From positions 22,675 through 86,674 of the IMG/VR virus record IMGVR_UViG_3300001485_000138: a stretch of DNA of 64,000 bases; one strand, 5' to 3'. Position 1 is the first letter of the stretch. Every line of letters starts with the position of its first letter. Both the position numbers and the translations under genes were made by a program. The notes under the pieces were generated by a model, which saw nothing but the letters and a program-made list of their open reading frames with translations, was not told the origin of the DNA and did no database searches. The stretch is from a virus (taxonomy: Duplodnaviria > Caudoviricetes). Shown one piece after another: positions 57,324 to 64,000 of the stretch.

Positions 57324-60300
57324 TCACACATAATATGTCATCACCATATCATGTATCTCTACTCTATGGCCTGTATCTAAAGTCTTGGTTAATTTAACCT
57401 TAAGCCAAGTATTTCTCATTCTGTCCAAAGGTTTACCTCCCTTATTATTTCTTGGTATGTCACATCTCCATATCCTGAACTTTCTGTTAAGTGGAGAACT
57501 GCTGTCTACCACCTCTCCTTCAGATGTTTCTCTGTGGTAATGCTGCATCCTTCCAAGACCATGCTTATACTGTAACTTCAACTCTCCTTTCTGATACTCA
57601 TTCTCTGCATAGAGTGAATCAAACGGAATATAAGGGGTGTAAGGAGTACTTTCTACTTCTACTCCTTCACCATCAACGCATGCTCTGAACTCAAGATTAG
57701 TAAATATTTTATCTACAAGTGGTTCAGGATTTCCTATGAGCTCCATATAATACTCCTCTGGCTTACCGAAGAATTCACAATACTCACCACCATTATGCTG
57801 ATATATATGATAATTACTATCTGCATTCTTCTCTCTGCTTTTACTGAGCCATAGCCCAGTATCTTTATAATTAATGAAATAAGGTGCCTTTTTGTAACTA
57901 TAGAAAGATGTGAATATACCAAACTTCTCAGAGAAAGCAAGACAATAGTTTTCATCTATAAACAAGACATCATGATTCTGCCTGTCATAATAGGATACAA
58001 AGCTTCCAAAATCATCTGGATTCCATATCTTACCTGCTTGTATATTCTTCTTACTCCATGTATTGAAACCTTGTTCAAGAGAGAGATTCTTCACCCCATC
58101 ACTCAGATGGTATATACCTTTGTTATTAGAATCCATGAAGTATATACCTGATGGAGTAGAAGCTATTGACCATTTATTTGCACATCCTATACTATCTGAC
58201 AGGTATCTCTTGCCTTCTACTTTCTGAGAATTGGCTATCTCTATAGGAACTCCTGTTGTAGAAGCAATTTGCATGTTTTCATTATAGAGTATCTGACTGA
58301 TACCACTGTCTTGAAAAGCAAGCAACTGATCATTAAATCTTATAAGCTTACTTATACTACCCTTGTCTCCATCAAGCTCTAATACAGAACCAAGATTTAT
58401 ATTTGTCCATGCATCTATCTCTGCACCAGATTCCTTAGCTAATGACCATGTTATCTGATTAGGATAGCTTTTACTCTTATAGTAGTCAACATCTTGTATT
58501 CTATAGTTGAAGAAGTTATCTCTCTGACTATATACCAAGTTCATAAGGTTGAAGTTAAGAGGTGACATCATAGTATTATTCACCTGACCTCTGTTTCTGT
58601 CATATCTTCCATCTATATTGACTCTGGTCTCCAACATGAAACTACCAATCTCAACTATCTGATTCTCATCTTCAGGAGTATAAGCATAAGTCTTCAAGCA
58701 ATCCCATCTCTGATAGTAAGTATCTCCATAGGAATACTCAAATGTAACACATGGGAAGTTACTTGTATCTCCGACATATTGGTTTTTTATATCATATAAA
58801 CTAACAGGTTCTCCACAAGGAAGCCATACATTCTCTCTTAAGGCATCATCAGAAGTACCACCAAACATAGTCTTCCTATAATTGCTAACATTATTATCAC
58901 CATGCCTTTGCAATTCAAGAACAGGAAGTAGGTTTAAAGTAGAAGCATTTCCATTATAAGGGTCTATATTAGTGGAATTGCTAAATTTAAGAACTATGTG
59001 GGGAGTACTCTTATACTTCATGCGTACAGCATTCTTCTTCAATACTAAGTCAATATAATGATTTCCCGCAGTTTTACCTGCTACTATAGCAGGCGTAGAG
59101 CCTGTGTATATACCAGGATTAGAACTATCAGTTAAGTTAGCATAGGTCTTATACCAAGGAGAACTATCTAAGAATCCTACTGTCTCACCTTGAATAAAAT
59201 ACATGCCATCTGCTCTTTTTGGAGATAACATTGTATCTATATTACCTGCATACATACCACTGTCAGTAACAAGTAAATCAGTTGTATTACCAGCAAAATA
59301 ATTGATAAAATCAACCGGTAAGTTTTCTGTGGCACTGGTCACGGAAGAAAAGTATCTCAGATGAGATATAATCTTCTTCTTAAAAAGGGAACTTTGTATG
59401 CCTACTCCTGTTGGACGGGTAATATCATTATTAAGAGACCCAGACATTTGCCAAGGATATACTAACCACCTTGCTGCAAACTTATCTGTATCTACAGCCC
59501 ATTGTCTGATAGTATTAGCATCTATATCTTTAGCTATGTAATCCTCGTAGAATAATCCTGATACAATACCTTTTGCATCGTTTGTAACAAAAGATTTATG
59601 ATCAAAACCTGTTGCATTCTTGCTTATAGTAGGAGTTTCCATCTGTATATCTATATCCGCAAGAGTCTTAGAAACCTCTACAGTACCTAACCTATTACAA
59701 GTAACTCCATCATAATAAAGAATACTAAAAGTAGGGTCAAACTCTAAATCTGGAGAATGGAATGTACAGGTATTCCAATCTATTGTAAATAAATTATCTA
59801 TTTCATTTGCGGTTTTAAATTCTCCTTGTATTTCTACAAGATGTAGGGAATCATTACTTTCAATAGTACTAGTATTTGTGGTAGGTAACTGACTGCTATG
59901 TACAGCAGCTACTTTAGATGTACCATTATTACTATTATATAAAGCAGGACCACTGGGCCTGAAAAACCAAGAAGATTGGGCATACAGATTTTTATCCAAA
60001 CTCCTCTTCTGTGCTGTATATAATGTAGGATTTCCAACCCCTTGACACAAAGTAACCCTATCTTGAATTTCTGGAAAACATACCACACCTCTTACTTTTA
60101 CATACCCTTCTGCCTTCAGAGCCTCGGCAGCAGTTTCAGATAATCTTCCTTTATAAGTAGGAAGAATTAGGTCAGAGTTTGAAAAGCTTGGGCTTTTTAG
60201 TTGTTCAACATCTTTTATAAATACTGGCTCAGACCAACTCCCTGTCTTATGTTGAAACTGAACTCCTAACCTATAGAAATCACCATGTTTAAAACCTCTG

Positions 60301-61877
60301 CAAGAAGCAACATATCCTTCAGAATCTATACTGGATAACTGGTTTCCATAAGTATAATTACCACTCATTGTTTGAGGAACAGTGATATTTTTTGTTGAAG
60401 ATATAATAGAATCATGCTCATGATCTGGAGTTTCCCATTTAGTCATACTATCTTTCACCCATTCAAGCAATGTCTTTCTCTCATGATCTTTTGAAAAAAT
60501 AGTACTGCTAAGAGGAGGTACTATAGCATTAATATCTATATTACCTAAAAACAAAGTACCATCTTTCTGTTCCATAGTACCTGCTACAATACCTGTACCT
60601 CCTTTATATAAAAGCTCTGTAGGGTCTATAGTGTCTCCGCTATAACCATTATCTGTATAAGTTAAAATACCAAAGCCATCTTCACTCTTTCTAAAATTTA
60701 TAAGGTCCGAGGATGTAGCCCAACTATCAACAGTAGTACATCTTATGGGAGTACCATTATTAGTTTCTGCACCAAACCACATTACTATATCAGAAGCACC
60801 AGTTGGAGTTTCTCCCCAAGTCACATAGCCTTCTGATGTTGAAATTATAAGGTCTGGATACTCAGACTTATATAAACCATACCAATTAGAGTTAGCCTCA
60901 CCTCCAACTTTTGCTTCTGCATCCAATTTAGTGCTATAAGTATAATATGGGTCAATAACTTTACCTTTTGTCCTGCATACAGGTAAAGTGCTTGAATCAA
61001 CAGAAGTTACAGCTTCTCCTGTGACAGGATTATATGCTTTCAAATCCAAATCCTGCACCCTCCTTACTATAGGCACTCCGTTGATACTGGTTCTCTGAAT
61101 AGAATAGACTCTGAGGAAATCAAACTTATTGTCAAAGTTGGATATAAATATCTTAAAGGTGTTATCTACACTGGTATCTTCTGGACTGGCTCCTCTGTCT
61201 TTATATGATACATACATCAGAGGTGTAGTATAGAAGATATTACTTTCCTGACCATACTTATTATAGTATGTAAAAGCATACTGGATAACTCCTGGGGCAA
61301 AACTTCCTCCACCACCAAGTATCTTCTTGACTTTTATAGTCTCATTCAGTTCAAGGGTAGGTACAAAGTCAAATGAAGTATCTGTATAATCACCTATCTT
61401 ATCATCCATACTTTCAGATACATTGATAACTCTTGGCTGATTTACACCATCTGTCCAATATACCTTCTGAACCATATCATTCTCATAAGATACCAGTGTC
61501 TCAAGAGGATGTTCAGTGTCAAAATTCAGATTGCCACTGTATAGTATAGTTGCAATAAGACTGGAACTATCACCAGTAAACCTGATTATATAATCTGTAC
61601 CAGTATCATGAGTAAAAACCACAAACTTGTCATTAAACACAGCTATACCTATAGGAGTACCAGGAAGGGTATAATCATAAGATATAGGGCCATCTATGGA
61701 AGGTCTTACACCAACCATACCTGTACCTTTCTCATTAACCCAACTAAGTGTAGTATTACCATCATTGGTAGCAAGCCTCAGATTCTTATTCTCAAAGGCA
61801 AACTCCGGATTAAAAGCTGAGACTGAAAGGTCTTGGTTCATACCCTTAGTCTTCCACATCATCTGTTTCTTCTGCAT
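57324..61877 (-). CDS. tail stabilization/muzzle protein (P22 gp10-like)
   Basis: KGMNQDLS N-terminus, YQRWDCLKTY, ETRVNIDGRYD, RKFRIWRCDIPR and RMRNTW. Follows the tail tubular gene. Confidence 0.8.
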   Translation of the reverse strand: MQKKQMMWKTKGMNQDLSVSAFNPEFAFENKNLRLATNDGNTTLSWVNEKGTGMVGVRPSIDGPISYDYTLPGTPIGIAVFNDKFVVFTHDTGTDYIIRFTGDSSSLIATILYSGNLNFDTEHPLETLVSYENDMVQKVYWTDGVNQPRVINVSESMDDKIGDYTDTSFDFVPTLELNETIKVKKILGGGGSFAPGVIQYAFTYYNKYGQESNIFYTTPLMYVSYKDRGASPEDTSVDNTFKIFISNFDNKFDFLRVYSIQRTSINGVPIVRRVQDLDLKAYNPVTGEAVTSVDSSTLPVCRTKGKVIDPYYTYSTKLDAEAKVGGEANSNWYGLYKSEYPDLIISTSEGYVTWGETPTGASDIVMWFGAETNNGTPIRCTTVDSWATSSDLINFRKSEDGFGILTYTDNGYSGDTIDPTELLYKGGTGIVAGTMEQKDGTLFLGNIDINAIVPPLSSTIFSKDHERKTLLEWVKDSMTKWETPDHEHDSIISSTKNITVPQTMSGNYTYGNQLSSIDSEGYVASCRGFKHGDFYRLGVQFQHKTGSWSEPVFIKDVEQLKSPSFSNSDLILPTYKGRLSETAAEALKAEGYVKVRGVVCFPEIQDRVTLCQGVGNPTLYTAQKRSLDKNLYAQSSWFFRPSGPALYNSNNGTSKVAAVHSSQLPTTNTSTIESNDSLHLVEIQGEFKTANEIDNLFTIDWNTCTFHSPDLEFDPTFSILYYDGVTCNRLGTVEVSKTLADIDIQMETPTISKNATGFDHKSFVTNDAKGIVSGLFYEDYIAKDIDANTIRQWAVDTDKFAARWLVYPWQMSGSLNNDITRPTGVGIQSSLFKKKIISHLRYFSSVTSATENLPVDFINYFAGNTTDLLVTDSGMYAGNIDTMLSPKRADGMYFIQGETVGFLDSSPWYKTYANLTDSSNPGIYTGSTPAIVAGKTAGNHYIDLVLKKNAVRMKYKSTPHIVLKFSNSTNIDPYNGNASTLNLLPVLELQRHGDNNVSNYRKTMFGGTSDDALRENVWLPCGEPVSLYDIKNQYVGDTSNFPCVTFEYSYGDTYYQRWDCLKTYAYTPEDENQIVEIGSFMLETRVNIDGRYDRNRGQVNNTMMSPLNFNLMNLVYSQRDNFFNYRIQDVDYYKSKSYPNQITWSLAKESGAEIDAWTNINLGSVLELDGDKGSISKLIRFNDQLLAFQDSGISQILYNENMQIASTTGVPIEIANSQKVEGKRYLSDSIGCANKWSIASTPSGIYFMDSNNKGIYHLSDGVKNLSLEQGFNTWSKKNIQAGKIWNPDDFGSFVSYYDRQNHDVLFIDENYCLAFSEKFGIFTSFYSYKKAPYFINYKDTGLWLSKSREKNADSNYHIYQHNGGEYCEFFGKPEEYYMELIGNPEPLVDKIFTNLEFRACVDGEGVEVESTPYTPYIPFDSLYAENEYQKGELKLQYKHGLGRMQHYHRETSEGEVVDSSSPLNRKFRIWRCDIPRNNKGGKPLDRMRNTWLKVKLTKTLDTGHRVEIHDMVMTYYV

Positions 61878-61888
61878 AACACTACATC

Positions 61889-62674
61889 TTAATGGTTAAC
61901 TAAATACTCTCTGTTTCCCATATCCTTAAAACCATTGTCAAAAGCTCTGACATTAGGTAAGATAGTCTCCCACATCCTCACTATACTTTCCATCTGACTT
62001 ACAGAAGGAGTCTCAAATTCTTCTCTCAGTTGACCTGCCAACCATGCATATTCCTGCTGGGCATTCTGTAAAACTCCTGCTGGTATCTTCTGCTGATCAA
62101 ACTTCACTGTAAACACCTGCTTCTTAATATAGGCTTCCAATGCTCCGAGATATAACTCATTGTCTATGAGCAATGGAAAACCATCTTCATCCACTGGTAT
62201 AGCTCTGTATGCTATCTCTACTGCTCCATGTGGAAAAGATGTAAAGATTATTCTGCCTTGGGTCTTAAAGGTAGGTTCTCCATGATGAAGCCTCATAGGT
62301 GGAATATACTGATTATGCCACATATCTGACTTGTTATAATTATTTACACCTTCTCCCTCCCCCTTTCTTTCCCTGTGTAGGGGATGCTCTCTCAAGCCTG
62401 GAGTAAAGGTGTCTGTCATACTTCTCATACAGAGTTTGCTGACACAATCCCTTACCTGAATTATGCTGATTAAGTCACAAGGAAGTTCACCCCTGAAATC
62501 TTCTATATCAACTACTTCTATCTTATCTTTATAAAGACAGGGATAACCATGTATTGCTATAAACCTCAATGTATGTCTTACTACTTGTTCAAGAGTTAAA
62601 TCCCTGAGCATAGGATGGTCTGTCAGATTATCCAACACCCTCCTTATATTTGTATATCTTACCTCATTCAACAT
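61889..62674 (-). CDS. tail tubular/ring protein
   Basis: 261 aa with FRGELPCDL, GRIIFTSF and VDEDGFPLL, positioned before the muzzle gene. Confidence 0.7.
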   Translation of the reverse strand: MLNEVRYTNIRRVLDNLTDHPMLRDLTLEQVVRHTLRFIAIHGYPCLYKDKIEVVDIEDFRGELPCDLISIIQVRDCVSKLCMRSMTDTFTPGLREHPLHRERKGEGEGVNNYNKSDMWHNQYIPPMRLHHGEPTFKTQGRIIFTSFPHGAVEIAYRAIPVDEDGFPLLIDNELYLGALEAYIKKQVFTVKFDQQKIPAGVLQNAQQEYAWLAGQLREEFETPSVSQMESIVRMWETILPNVRAFDNGFKDMGNREYLVNH

Positions 62675-62700
62675 AGCATATACTGTTTAATTGTATTGTC

Positions 62701-63243
62701 TTAACCAGCAAGGAAAGTATCTATCTTCCCTTCTTTAATATTATCTTTCAATCTCCTCTTTATGAAAGTATTAACAGCAAACTGATAAAAAGTCTTATTC
62801 TCGTAGTTTGCTCCATACTTATCATACTTCACCTTAAAGACTTCCTTAACCTCATCCCTGACAAGAGTTTTATTCCTCCTTGCTTCCTCATCCTCATACC
62901 ACAATTCCATAGTTTCCTTCCAAGCAATAGGATAGGTTATCTTAAGCTTACCTCCTACAATACTGACACCACAAGGTTTCTTTCTTAGCTCAAGCTTGCC
63001 CATACGGTGAGGAAATACAACAGGCTCACCATTTGCAAGATTATCTGCAAGCATGTTATTCACTGTCCTTATGATATAATAGAAATCCTTCTCAGAGACA
63101 GGCTTACCTATGTCATACCATTTATTCCTCCTGATATGTTTATAGGCATCATAAGCTCCCCAACTGTCTCTTACCTTGCAGACATTCTTACGGTTTTTCC
63201 TTTGAATTTCATTACGAAAATCATTAAAACTTTGCTTCTCCAT
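62701..63243 (-). CDS. IHF/HU-like DNA-binding protein
   Basis: LANGEPVVFPHRMGKLELRKK histone-like arm; basic; in the conserved crAss position. Confidence 0.7.
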   Translation of the reverse strand: MEKQSFNDFRNEIQRKNRKNVCKVRDSWGAYDAYKHIRRNKWYDIGKPVSEKDFYYIIRTVNNMLADNLANGEPVVFPHRMGKLELRKKPCGVSIVGGKLKITYPIAWKETMELWYEDEEARRNKTLVRDEVKEVFKVKYDKYGANYENKTFYQFAVNTFIKRRLKDNIKEGKIDTFLAG

Positions 63244-63950
63244 TATCCTTCCCTGTTAGTTCCTACTGCTGCATCATCTCTTGCATTATTCCTTGTATCT
63301 GCATACTGATATTTACTACCAGTCAATGCCTTTACTACTAATTCTATAAGCATAGGTACAAGATACTCCCTGATTGGAAACTCTGCATCTAATACATCAC
63401 ACGAAGTATCCTTGCCTTCACTGTCACAAAGCAGTTCACTGGCTTCATCAAAATCCTCAAATACAGCACTTACCCTTATATTACACATATATTTAAACAA
63501 GGAATTACTGCTGTTAAGATAGAGATGCTGGTCTGGACCAAGAGATGCATAGGTTATATTCTTCAGATAAGGATTACTTCCTACATATCTCATCCTGTCC
63601 CTCGACACATAGTTAACATTAGTACCTTGGAAGAAATCTACAGGATATATTCTTGGAGTAGTACCTTCAAGTATCTTTGGAATAGCCTGCTTAGTACGGA
63701 GATAATAGCCTCCTGTACAATCTGTACCATCTATTGCTGCCACCTTCTCCAAACTGAGACATATCTGCTGATATTCAAATTCTGATGCTACATCTGTACT
63801 GCCCTTCTCCTTTTCCTGCTCTTTCTTGATAAGGAATGCCCTGTATTTCTTGCATAAGAATATAACCAAGTCTTCTGTAATATAACTATCGTCACTCACA
63901 GAAGACCGGGACAAATCCATGCAGCTGTACACAATTTCACTTACTTTCAT
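63243..63950 (-). CDS. neck/ring structural protein
   Basis: SDDSYITED...KYRAFL and FPI...LVP.LIELV motifs. The TTG at 63974 is part of the promoter box, so ATG 63950 is preferred. Confidence 0.65.
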   Translation of the reverse strand: MKVSEIVYSCMDLSRSSVSDDSYITEDLVIFLCKKYRAFLIKKEQEKEKGSTDVASEFEYQQICLSLEKVAAIDGTDCTGGYYLRTKQAIPKILEGTTPRIYPVDFFQGTNVNYVSRDRMRYVGSNPYLKNITYASLGPDQHLYLNSSNSLFKYMCNIRVSAVFEDFDEASELLCDSEGKDTSCDVLDAEFPIREYLVPMLIELVVKALTGSKYQYADTRNNARDDAAVGTNREG

Positions 63951-63971
63951 ACCTTCATTAGTTTTATGGCT

Positions 63972-63979
63972 CAAAGATA
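63972..63979 (-). promoter_or_regulatory. Bacteroidetes -7 element (TATCTTTG)
   Basis: About 20 nt upstream of ATG 63950. Confidence 0.6.
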
Positions 63980-64000
63980 CTACATTTCTGAATATCTTCG

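Noticed and set aside
700-63785. Many 60-210 aa opposite-strand or nested ORFs in the ORF track
   Set aside because: They are shadows of long real genes, with no motifs, no leaders and biased composition.
1667-63974. ORF-track TTG/GTG starts at 1667, 10793, 14504, 44674 and 63974 (and the upstream ATG at 10268)
   Set aside because: They fall inside hairpin elements, promoter boxes or the preceding gene; downstream ATGs with A-rich leaders fit better.
1-64000. Stop-codon reassignment (TAG to Gln or TGA to Trp), common in some crAss clades
   Set aside because: Genes of 1.5-2.8 kaa are uninterrupted in code 11, and both TAG (1645, 32836, 45677) and TGA end genes at plausible C-termini.
1-64000. 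tRNA or rRNA genes
   Set aside because: I recognised no cloverleaf or T-loop signature in the intergenic regions; tRNAscan-SE would confirm.

Overview
The window is about two thirds of a crAss-like (Crassvirales) bacteriophage genome in the standard genetic code. The host is probably a Bacteroidetes species, judged from TAnnTTTG promoters and a DUF4494-like gene. Bases 1-28775 are a + strand block: PD-(D/E)XK nucleases, class II ribonucleotide reductase with a LAGLIDADG intein, dUTPase, a retropepsin-like protease, family B DNA polymerase, ThyX, many small genes, then the virion RNA polymerase (DFDID motif) and a second giant virion protein. Bases 28837-64000 are a - strand late block: a six-gene operon of unknown function interrupted by an antisense HNH gene, giant ejection/cargo proteins, tail fibre/LRR proteins, portal, muzzle, ring proteins and an IHF-like protein. 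The main unexplained signal is a 29-nt element, AGTHAGTG plus an 8-bp stem of variable sequence starting with C and a TTYGG loop. It occurs 11 times, always on the + strand whatever the local gene orientation. Seven copies lie in the first 14.4 kb, where I saw no host promoters, and six sit 13-38 nt before start codons. A second hairpin family occurs 3 times. All family assignments come from motif recognition by eye; no database searches were run.
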